Positions 21,466 through 32,600 of a stretch of DNA of 64,000 nucleotides are shown piece after piece. Position numbers and translations under genes: made by a program. Numbering within the stretch: position 1 is the stretch's first letter; every line of letters starts with the position of its first letter. The notes below the pieces were generated by a model that searched no databases, was not told the DNA's origin, and saw nothing but the letters and a program-made list of their open reading frames with translations. The DNA is from a virus, in the IMG/VR virus record IMGVR_UViG_3300042898_000786, positions 1 to 64,000 of that record, one strand, 5' to 3'.

Positions 21466-22380
21466 ATGAAGAGTATTAAGAAATATCAAGGCGGCGGGAC
21501 TAACCTGAATCCCGGAGCAAATATTTATCGATTCCAAGGAGGCTCATCTCCTACGTTTAACAGTATGTCTCAAGGAAATCAAGGCTCCGGTGTTGGTAGT
21601 AGCTCTATGTATGGAGATGCTAGTTCCGCACAGCGTGCATCATCTATTGCCGCTGGCGTTGGCGGAATCGGAGACATTGGCGTTGGTATATATAATATTG
21701 CTAACAGTATACGTGAATCAAAACAATCAAAAGCTGAAATCGAAAGATTACAAAAAACAGCTCCGGTATTGACTACTCCAAGTCAGTTTTATGAAGCCCA
21801 AAAGATGGCTTATGACTCAAGGCTTGTTGAGCTCCAGCGTGATGCTGTCGCCCGCAACGTATCTCAGTCATTACAGACAGTAGGTCAGCTTGGTGGACGT
21901 GCTGCTTTAGGGGCTGTAAGCGCTCTACAGACTGGTGCAGACCGAGCTATGCAAGACATAGGTCTAGATGTAGCTCAGCAGCGTATGGCAGCGACCTCAC
22001 AGCTAGGAGCTGCGCGAGAGCGCGAGACAACTATGAAAGAGTCTCGCTACAGAATGGACTTAGGCAATGAGCAAGACCGCTATGCGGCATCGCGGGCGGG
22101 CATTGGACAAGGAGTCGGCCAGCTTGTTGGAGGCGCTGCTAATGTAGCGGCTATGTTTGTTAAAGACGGTGGAGTAATAAAGACTCCTGGTAGCTTCTCT
22201 CACGCTAAAAACCCAATTGACATCGTTAAAAGCGGCGCCAAGATTGGTGAGATGACTGGCGGAGAGTATATCTTTAACCCTAAGCAAATGGAAAAGATTA
22301 AGACATTTGTAGCAACAGACGACAAATCAAAGCTTCATAGCTACGTTAAATCGCTCATTAGAAAATTCAATAGCAAATAA
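21466..22380 (+). CDS. putative ejection/cargo protein
   Basis: A/G/Q-rich helical; C-terminal TPGSFSH...EMTGGEYIFNP; position after nozzle. Confidence 0.6.
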   Translation: MKSIKKYQGGGTNLNPGANIYRFQGGSSPTFNSMSQGNQGSGVGSSSMYGDASSAQRASSIAAGVGGIGDIGVGIYNIANSIRESKQSKAEIERLQKTAPVLTTPSQFYEAQKMAYDSRLVELQRDAVARNVSQSLQTVGQLGGRAALGAVSALQTGADRAMQDIGLDVAQQRMAATSQLGAARERETTMKESRYRMDLGNEQDRYAASRAGIGQGVGQLVGGAANVAAMFVKDGGVIKTPGSFSHAKNPIDIVKSGAKIGEMTGGEYIFNPKQMEKIKTFVATDDKSKLHSYVKSLIRKFNSK

Positions 22381-23603
22381 TGGCCCAGACAATTTACGCT
22401 CCAATTCAAACTGGTAGTTTATCAGAGATTGCAGCAGCTCCCTTTAGAGAGCGCGAACGTCAAGTAATGACCCGTATCGCTAACGCGGAGAAGGCTACAG
22501 ACCAGACTGGTATTTATGACGTTAGTACTTCTGGATTAGCGCCTAATATGCAGGCTGTAGCTCAACCTTGGATTGAGTCTATTAAAAAGAATATGACGGA
22601 AGGTTTTTACGCTAACGATAATCAGCGCGTTAACGAAGCCCGTCGGCAAGCTCAAGAGCTAAAGTCTTTTGTTGAGTCTGGTAAGCTTTCTACCAAATCT
22701 GCTAATGAATCTGCTCTATATGGAGAAAAGAATATGTGGAGGGGTCTTAGCGTAGACGAAAAGACCGGCAAACAGCTATACTCTGACTACACTCAGAAAC
22801 CCTTTAATACGCAATACGATGCTAACGGGTATCCACTTGTGGTTAAGGACGATGGAAGCTTAAGCTCTCCGCTCGGTATATCTAACCTAAGTCCTCAGAA
22901 TTATTTAATTTTTACCCAGGAGATTGACTGGGGTAAAAACATTGACCCAAAGGCATACGTAAATAACTACAATGACTTTATAGTTAATGCTAAAAGCGAA
23001 AAGGATGCTATTGCCATTATTACAAAGCAGTACAATGAGGATAAAAAGCTTGGTCGAGTCAAACCCGATGATATTGGTGTTTCTTATTTGCTAAATAAGG
23101 ACTACCTCGGAATCCGCCCTGAAGAAATCGGGCAGTCTAAAATTATTGAAGAGAAAGATATTGTTGTTAATGACAAAGAGTTATTCGCCGAAGCTGATAA
23201 TTATTACTTAAACAATGCTATTAATGCCGGTCTGGTTAACTACCGTTCAGCGCAAGCCGCTGCTGCTAAGCGTGTGACTCCAGCGACTCCGAAAGCTCCT
23301 AAGTTTGAGCAACGTACTACTAACCTTGATTTAGGTGATGGTAAGTCATCAAGCGCTACTCAATATACACTCACTGCACCCCTTAAGATTGGAGCTAAGA
23401 CATTCTATAATTTCTATCAGACTCCAGATGGTATTTGGTACGGGTTCACTGCTACGAATAAGCGCAAGGGCTCACAGACGTTTGTAGAGGAGGAACTTTT
23501 AAAGTTAGACTCCAAGCAATCTGACTACGTTGTAGGGCAGCTAGGACTTAAAGGCTCCGGTGAAATTACTAATCGAGCTACACGCGCCGCTGGTCGTATG
23601 TAA
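22380..23603 (+). CDS. putative ejection/cargo protein
   Basis: Position between cargo genes; helical. Confidence 0.5.
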   Translation: MAQTIYAPIQTGSLSEIAAAPFRERERQVMTRIANAEKATDQTGIYDVSTSGLAPNMQAVAQPWIESIKKNMTEGFYANDNQRVNEARRQAQELKSFVESGKLSTKSANESALYGEKNMWRGLSVDEKTGKQLYSDYTQKPFNTQYDANGYPLVVKDDGSLSSPLGISNLSPQNYLIFTQEIDWGKNIDPKAYVNNYNDFIVNAKSEKDAIAIITKQYNEDKKLGRVKPDDIGVSYLLNKDYLGIRPEEIGQSKIIEEKDIVVNDKELFAEADNYYLNNAINAGLVNYRSAQAAAAKRVTPATPKAPKFEQRTTNLDLGDGKSSSATQYTLTAPLKIGAKTFYNFYQTPDGIWYGFTATNKRKGSQTFVEEELLKLDSKQSDYVVGQLGLKGSGEITNRATRAAGRM

Positions 23604-23635
23604 GGTTTCCTTATATTTGCGGTTGTAAAGCTACA

Positions 23636-26600
23636 ATGATGAATGAAGAACTAGACGGACTAGTATCTCTTGGAATTGAGCGAGGTAGGGATTTTCTCTA
23701 TATCTCGAACATATTAAAAGAAGAAGGCTATTCTGAAGCTGATATTAAATCAGCAGAACAGTTTTATAATCAAAAAAAAAAATCCCAATCGGACTCTACA
23801 TCCGCTTCGAAGCCAGCGATGGATTCTGGGGCTTCGGGATTGGGCGGTCCTCGCGTTGGAAAGTCAGGATTGGTTTCTGGCTTTTCAGAAGCATTTAAGG
23901 AAGTACAAGGTCAGCAAGTAGCTGTTCAGCAGGCTTCGGTAGTAGCCAACGAAAGAGAGGCACTAGGTGCTATTCAATTTGGCCTTACCGGTAAAGCTCC
24001 TCTTTCCTACCAACAGGAGAAACTTCTCGTTGCCGACAAAGAGAAAATTAGTTCTGAGTTTGAAGCTCAAAAGAGTCAATCTGCAAAGATATTCTTAGCT
24101 AATAAAGAAGCTGGTAACGACCCATATCAAGACCCGGAGTTTCAGGCTGCTAAGCAGAAAGAGAATGAATTTGTTGAGCGTGGAGCGAATGTAAATCGTC
24201 AGCTTCACCCAGAGTTACCTGAGGACGCGTTCGTGGCTTACAACGACCGTGGTGAGGCCAGAGAGACTCCTTTGTCTGAGACTAAGTACTTACAGTCAGC
24301 TATTAAAGTTATCCCCGGATTACAGCAAGATATAGACTTTGCTCGCATACAAGAGCGTAAGCAAGCTGAAGACGCAGTAGAAGCTGAAGAATTTCGTAAG
24401 TCTTACGAGTTTGGAAATATTCCAGTTATAAGTAAAGCTGCTAATTTAGGAATTGCCGTGGCGTCAGGACTCACGGATATGGTGGCTAATGTCGCTGCAT
24501 TTATTACAGAGCCCTTTGCTGGGACTACTGATGAGTACGAAGGTATTATACCAGAGGTAGCTCAAAGCATATACGAAAGTGCTAAGTTTACCTCTAGTGC
24601 TATGCGACAGCAGCGTGGCGTTAACCTAGAGAACTACGGACTTACAGCTTCACAGCAGGAAAAGGACCCTTTCTCCCTTTGGGCTGAAGGAGATATTGAG
24701 GGCGGAAGCAAGTCTTTAGCTGTTATGGTTGCTGACGCTGCTTTGTTTAGCCGCGCAATTGGCGCACTATATGGAGTTGGAGGCACCGCCGCAAGAACAC
24801 AAGTAGGCCAAGCAGTTTTGTCGACAGGTAAGGAAGGCGCTCAAGGTGTTGTGAATAACCTATCTCGCAACGTAGCAACTAATGTAGCTGATAGTCCTGC
24901 TATGTTTGGCGCTATGGCTACACTATCCGCTCAGCAGTCTTGGGACGCTGTTAAAGGCCGTGATGACCTTACTCTTTCTGAGAAGTTGTTTTATCAGTCT
25001 GTTGGGATTGCAGCAAATACCCTCACTGAAGCTCTTAACGTAGACGACCTACGGCTTGTAACAAAGGGACTTCCTTCTGCCCAGCGAGAAATAGCTCTTA
25101 AATCGTTCCGTGGTACTGTTAAAAGCTACTTTGATGATGTAGCTAAGGTTGGTACGCCAGAGGCATTTGAAGAGACTTTAAACTTCTACGCTGATGCTTT
25201 TGCTAAGTATGTGATTGACGGAGAGTTACCAACTATTACTGACCCGTTGTCTAGCATTGCTGTAGGCTTCCTAGCGCCATCACTTAATGTTACGGCCACC
25301 TATGCTCCTGCTATGATTGAAACAGCCCTCGCTACCACTCCGTGGAAGATGGCTAAGACCAAGGAGTTTGAACGCAATCGTAAGCTTGCTGACGAACGCG
25401 GCCGAATTGTAGAGGCTCTTGCTAATGAGAACCTACCGCAAAACGAAAAGAAAATACTTCAAAAAGCTCTTAACAATATTGAGACAGCTATTGAAGACCA
25501 AGAGCGCAAGGACTTTGAGTTCTATTCCGGTATGCAGTATGCTGATGCTAATGAGATTCTAAACATCCACGGACAGATTGGAACAAAAGTACAGCAGTAT
25601 AAAAAGACACGCTCTAAAGAGCTACGTACTGTTCTTGAGGCTGAGATTCGTGGACTTTATGGACGTAAAGTAGAAATAGAGAATAATTATGATAGTACGC
25701 AAAAATCAGGGATATCAAGTTCTGTCTTCCAAGGGCAAGCCACTGAGCAAGCCAAGCCTGAGCAAGGGGCAAGCCAAGAAACGATTGAAGCAAGTGGAGT
25801 TCTTCAAGTATCTACAGAAGAAGGCCCAGAAGTAACAGCAGAGCAGGAGACAACACGCCAAGAAGCATCTAAGGGCGCGTCAGAGGAGTTTGCTGTAGGG
25901 GCTGTTACTCCGGGTAAAGTAATTACAGAGGGATTAGCCCGTGTAATGAACAACATATTTAATGCGACTAAAGCTATTGTTCGTGGCGGCAAGGTGCAGT
26001 TCCACTATAGCCAAGAGTCTATTGCTGATGCTAACGAGGTTACTCGTTCTCAGAAGGCCAAAAACCCAAAGATTTTCTTTGACGGATTTTACGACCGCAC
26101 TAACAAAGTCTTTCACGTATATATCCCAACTGCTGCCGACAGCGCTAAGGTTGTTAAGCAAGAGGATGGTAAGTACGCTCTTGTAGACCCAAAGTTCGCA
26201 GGTCAGGTAATCAAGACATACGACGACCGCACTACAGCATTCCAAGCCAAGCAGAAGTACGACGAGAACTACATTAAGTTCGCCACTAGTAAGGCGCGTC
26301 ACGAAGCTATCCACCCAGTCATTGATGCTCTTATTCTTGAGGATAAGCCTATCCTTGATGAGAGCGGTAATCAAGTTGTAAATAACGCTGGCGAAAAGCA
26401 GTTTATCCCTAATAGCTTCCGTCAGTTCCTGTACGATAACATAGTAAGCCTGTACAGCTCTTCTCCTGACGCTCAGCGCATCTTCGATAACTTCCTGGAC
26501 CCTTACATACAAAGTGGCGCTACGAGCGCTACAATGCAGCGTGAGGCAATCACGGAGTTCTTAGCTGCTATGGCAGACGAGAAGAAGTTTAAGCAGCTCG

Positions 26601-29600
26601 ACAGAGGATTTGTGCAGAAAGTTAAAGACATCGTCAATGAGTTATTAGTTCGTGCCGGTATACGTGACATCAGCATATCAACGGATGACGATTTGTATAC
26701 TGTGGCTCGTGCGTTTAAGACCGCTATGGCCCTTGGCGTAGAGGTAAAGGTTCAGAAGGGCGGCTGGAAGAACTATACTCCAGTTGGGGAGGTATTCTCT
26801 GTGGGTATGTTAGATGGTCTTAAGGCTTCTAGTCTTACCGACAAACGTCTAAGAAGCATTATTACCGCTGGTAAGTTTGGTATGCTCACCGGGCAGAATC
26901 CCCGTGGTACCAAGTTTCCAGAGGAAGTTCGTGAGAAGTTTAACCGAGAAGCAGAAGCTTGGCTTAAATCTCGTGGGTACGAAGCCATTCCTATCCTTGG
27001 TAAGTTTGAAGGCATTGCAGAGAACAGTTTCCTAGTCCCTAACCTCACTTCTGACGATGCTCTTTTGTTTTCTCGTGAATTTAACCAAGAGGCTGTTGCA
27101 CATAACTCTGGATTCATTCACTTCGATGGTTCATTTGAGCCGCGTAGGCCAGACAACAACGTATTCGGGGTAAAGTACGAAGACAAAGACACCGACTACT
27201 TCTCAGCCTTGCGAACTAAGGATGGCAAACTAACAGCATTTAAGGTAGACTACAACTGGGATGTGCGTCTTAACTACCGCGCCTTAGAGGATGGCCTTAC
27301 TAACCAAATTGACTTCTCTATCTCTATCCCAGAAGGTCAGACATACGCTGAGTTCTTCGACTCTATCGGTGACCAGTCAATGCGAGCTCAGGCTACAATG
27401 CTTCAACTACTCGCTGAGAAGGTCGGATACAGCAAGCCTATTCTATTCTCTACAAAAGGGACTACTTCTTTTGACGCAACAAAGGATTACACCATCTTTA
27501 ACGTAGCGGAAGACCGTGAGCTTAACGAGTCTTTCGGTTACTTCGCTAACGCACTATCTACTATTATCTCTAAGGAGAATATGGGGCTTTACCGCTCGCT
27601 ACTTGATGAGACTAAGAAAAACTTCCCAGAGCTCGTAGAGTCTAAGAAGAAAGAAGTTAAAGAAAAGTTTAATAACTACGATTTTGCCCCCGACCCACAG
27701 GCTAGTGCCGAGGCAGCCAGCGGCGACAGTTTTGTCGAGCGTTTAGCCATCAAGGCTGCACTTGACGAGAAAATGGTTGAATTCTTTAAAACCAACGAAA
27801 CAGACTTCGAGGCTCTTCGCAAGAACTGGGAGACCAACAAGAAACTAATTGGTGAAGCCATCAACGTAGACATCACGGACATCGTCCCGAATATGAAGAT
27901 TGACGGCGTGATGGAAATACTTGCTAGTCCGACTCGCGATATCTATGCCGCAACTGAAGTTGCTACTCGGCTAAAAAGAACGGCTCTCGGCGGCGGCGAA
28001 TCCCTAACTGTAGATGAAGCTCGGTTGTCGATTCAGGAACTACAGAATGTTGCCGCAGTCGTTGGTCAGGATGCTGTTGTGGGACTCAATGGATTTGTAG
28101 CCAGCAAAGACTTGGTAGATGGCTTAGCTTTAATCTTAGTCGAGGTTGGTAAAACAAAAGACGGCACCTCTACTTTTAAGTTCAGTGAGAGCCCCGACTC
28201 TGCCACAAAGGGTGACGAGCTTCGTCAAAGACTAAGGAATATTGATTATGATGAGCTCTACGACTTGGCTCGTGGTTTCTGGATTGGCGCCTCGATGTCA
28301 AATCCAGAATTTGTCAGAGAATATCAGAACTCTAATTTTGACGCTGAAATAGAAAAATTAAAAAGCTTTCTTGAAGAAACAGTTAATAATCTTAAAGATG
28401 TTGCCGCGAATACCCTTAGGGGGTCCAATATAAGGAAAGCACTGGAGGTGATAGATGAATACAATAGTAGAATATTGACCGAAATAGAAAGTTCTCTCGG
28501 TAGGGCGTTTAACCCTTTTTCAAGCTATGAGATTCTATACAATTCATACAACGACATCGCCTATGACGCTAAAGATTTTTTTGAGGCGGAGTTTAACAGA
28601 CGTATAAACGACCCACGTCGTTTAATGAATATGTCAATCAGGGGCGCAATAATAGAGATTAGCGAACTAGATACGTTTACTATTGAAGATGCGAAGGCTT
28701 ACATAGCTTCAGAGCTATCAAATTCTGCGAATAATTTTGGTAAAATGAATACATCGGATGCAGTGTACGCAGATATTGATGGTTATTCAGTAGGCGGGGC
28801 AATGTATACCTTAAGTCCTGACGCAAATTATTACAGATTGCGGGATTTTATTGGAAACGATAATCTTAGCTCTGTTGTATCTGACTATGGTCCGTTTAGT
28901 TACCGCCTAGGTGACGTTATAGGAGAAGCTAATTCTGCTATATCCCGAAGAACCGCCGAAGCTTCAAAGACAACACGATACAAGTTACCAGAGGCGGATG
29001 ACTTCACCTCCGCTAGAATAGAAGTATTCATTCCTAAGCTTAACGATACATATGTGGTTACTGGTACTTACTATGATGGTGATGTTGGCGTAGCGTTTAG
29101 CTCTACAACTACAGGATATGACCTTAAAGACCCAGGGGCGGCTTTATCTGTTATGCCGGAAGTTATCAAGGCTATTAGCCGTATGTTCCCAGAGCGCGAC
29201 GTTAAATCGATTTCATTCAGCCCTATTGATGCCACCAGTAACAAACGTCAAGGTGGCGAGCTTCGTCGTGGTGTTTACCGTATGTTCGCTCAGCGCCTGT
29301 TCGGTAATTACTTCCCAGTAGGGTTAACATCAGATGATGAGAACGTCATTCCAATTCCTTACGCGTTCCGAAGCACTGAAAATACTAAGCCGGTGTACGA
29401 GGATATGGCGAACAAGCAAATCAACCGACCTAGGGACATTGACTTCGCTATCTCTAACTTTGAGAACATCCCACAAGAAGTTACTCAGGGTCTAAATGCC
29501 ATTAGCAATGCTGTTGCGTTCGCTTCACAATCATCATTCGCAAATAAGCTATTGTTCAAGGATGAGCTTCAGAATCGATTTAAGTCTTACGAGAAAGAGC

Positions 29601-32600
29601 TTAAGAAGAAGTACGGTATCAAATCGTTCAAAGTTGGGGGCAAAAAGAAGTTTGTTGATGCTGGCCTGAAGAACTACTTGGTTGACGCTTACGTATACGA
29701 GACACTCGTAGCGATACAGGCATACCCAGATGCTCTAGGATGGTACGACTACAAGACACGTGCTGCTATGGCAATTATGAGCTTGATTCACCCCGAGCTA
29801 AATACTGACCCAATGGCGGCTGTCGCATTTAAGATTGCTGTAGCTGTTACGTCGAACGGAAATAAGGTATTTGATAACTTCAAAGAAGCCGACCGTCAGT
29901 ACGAGTACTTTAAGAAGAATGGTAATTTCGATGGCGAAAAGAGCATTGGAACTCAGAGTGCTGGAATCAAGTCTACTCTTAAGCTTGTAAACAACGTACT
30001 TGACCGTATGACGATGGAGGAGTTTAACAGCTTCCTCACGTCTAAGTTTCGTGCTGGCGACTTGAAGTACGTCAGCAAAGGAAAGAGTAAAACATTACTT
30101 AGCGGATTTAACGTAAACACCGAGGTATACGGAGCCTCTATCTTCGGTCCTAAGATTGGGAACGGTTTCTTTATGAATCTTAACGGCCAGTTTGACCAGC
30201 TCACAATGGACCGATGGTTTATGCGTCAGTACGGTCGTCTTACCGGAACTCTTATTGAGCGTGATGCTAATAAGATTGCAAGCGGTAAAGTTCGTCTTAA
30301 GGGTGCGGTTACCGCTCTAAGTTCTAAAGAGAAGTCTATCCTTACTAAGGTTATACCGGGCTTCGCTAAAATGAGCGTAGACGAAAGAGCTACTGCGATT
30401 AATAAGGTTTCAATAGTAAAGGAGAAGCGTGATATGCTTTCATCAACCGATGCTTTGAATGAGCTTCGGAAGGCCGGAAACAACCTAGCTAAAAATCTGT
30501 CTGGTGAAGTCGAAGCACCGAATGGCGGAACTCAGCGTGACTTTATCATCGACGTCTTCAACGTGGCGCAGAAGGAGCTCAAGGAGAAGTACGGAATTGA
30601 TATCACGATTGCCGACCTGCAAGCTGTAAACTGGTATCCAGAGAAGGCTTTATATCAGACGTTCCAAGATGGGCGTGACGAAGAAGATGGCTCAGTGGAG
30701 ACTAGCGACAACGAACAGCCCGACTATGAAAGTGCTGCCGTTAAGTTGGCTCAAGAGCGTGGAGTAACTAATCAACAAATAGAAAATGCAAGAGCAAGAA
30801 CAAATAGTGGAGAACGTGCTGCTGAATCTAACGGACTCCGAGCTGAACTCATTGGCGGAGACAGTGTCAAAGCTAGTGCCGAAGAAATCCGTCGTAAAAT
30901 CCTCAGCGTCAAAGCTGGGCAACAAGAGCCTGTAGACTTATCTATAAGCGTTCAACCTCCTAAGTTCGAGATTGAAGGCAAGACGATTCGTGGCTTTGCT
31001 GAGCGTATGGCTGATTCTAATATTCAGTTGTACTCAGATATCATTGAGAACCCAGAGAACTATTACACACCACAGACTCTAGAAGAGATTCAGTCTCAGC
31101 TTGTGATTATGACTATTCCTGAGCTTCTAGATAAGATGACTACCGATAAGGTTACCGCCCTTAGTGGAAGCATAAAGGTTGATTTGGCTGACGAAGATAA
31201 CATATCAGTACTTTTAGGTGCTGAGCTTATTAAGAGGTATTCTGCTGAAGGAGATGACGTTAAGCTTCTGGAGATGATTGAGCGTATGTCTAAGATGGGA
31301 ACTACCGTCGGACGTATGTTACGTCACTTTGGAGAGATTAAAAATGCTACACATATTGGAATCGTACAGACTGTGGTGGCTATGGCTCAACGTGCAGGAA
31401 GGCGTCTTACCGACACTCAAATAACGAAGCTAAACACTTTAGCCCAAGAGTTATTTGCTTTGCAGGTAGAGGGTAAAGATATGATGTCAGAAGCCCTTAG
31501 GGCTCCGAGGCCTGCGCTTGACAAGGCAATCAAAGAGAAAGAGACGCAGTTGAAAATAGCTACAAAAAGGCTTGATGACTTTATCTCAACAGCAGTACCA
31601 AAGAGCGCTCAAGATATATTCGGAGGTCTAATCAAAGGAAACCTTCTTACTCCTGTTTCTCAAGTAGTTAACGTATTTGCCAACCTAGCTAATGTGTTTA
31701 CACGTCAGTTTTTAGTAAATCCTCCAGCTGTTCTTATTGATGCTGTCCGGGCTTTTGCATCCGGTAAGCCTCGAGAGATTACCCCTAGTGTAGCTGCATT
31801 TTTCTTTGGAGTAAAGCGTGCTGCCTTTGTGGGGATACCGGAAGCCGTAGAGTATATTTTTAAAGGAACACGCCCAACTGAGGAGACGTTCCAATATGAA
31901 TCTCGGCAAGGGTTTCTACCGATTCAAGCTATGATTGCGGCACTAAGCGACACTAAGGTTGCAGATGCTATCAATAAGGCTGCTGGTAAAGAGGTAATTA
32001 AATCAGACCAACTTGCCCGTCTTGAAGATGGTAGCATATCATTCTCCGATAGGTTAAAGAAGATTACTGAGGCTACATTCGGAATTGCTCCTGAAGTTAT
32101 GTTCCGACTACTTACTCTTGGTGACCGGCCATTCGCACGTTTCCAAGAAGGCATTGAGATATATCGTCGCGGTAAAAAGCTTGGCCTGCGTGGCGAAGCG
32201 CTTGACAACTTCATAAAGCATCCAGACCCTGCTACTATCAAAGCTGGTAGAGAGGCTGGTCGTGAGATTACTTATCAGGCTGACACATCATTCTCTACTA
32301 CTGTACAGAAAATACTAAATACAATAGGAAATACTAAGCTCGGTAATTTCTTGGTGACGATTATCGTACCGTACTCAAAGACTCCTTCTAACATTATCTA
32401 TGACACCCTTAACTACGTAGCTCCCCCGGTAGCTATTTTCCGGGCCGTGAAGGCCGCTAAGGACCGTCGCTTCGACCAGTTTGCCACGTTGCTAGGTAAG
32501 TCTTTTGTAGGTTTTACCCTATACGCTTTTGCTGATTTCTTAGTCAAGAACGGCTTAGCTACTGCTGGGGTTGGAGACGACGAGAAGAAAGAAAAGGAGA

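Noticed and set aside
25804-32241. Antisense and other out-of-frame ORFs inside the giant gene from the ORF track (e.g. 25934-26512, 25962-26186)
   Set aside because: Typical shadow-frame composition and no initiation context
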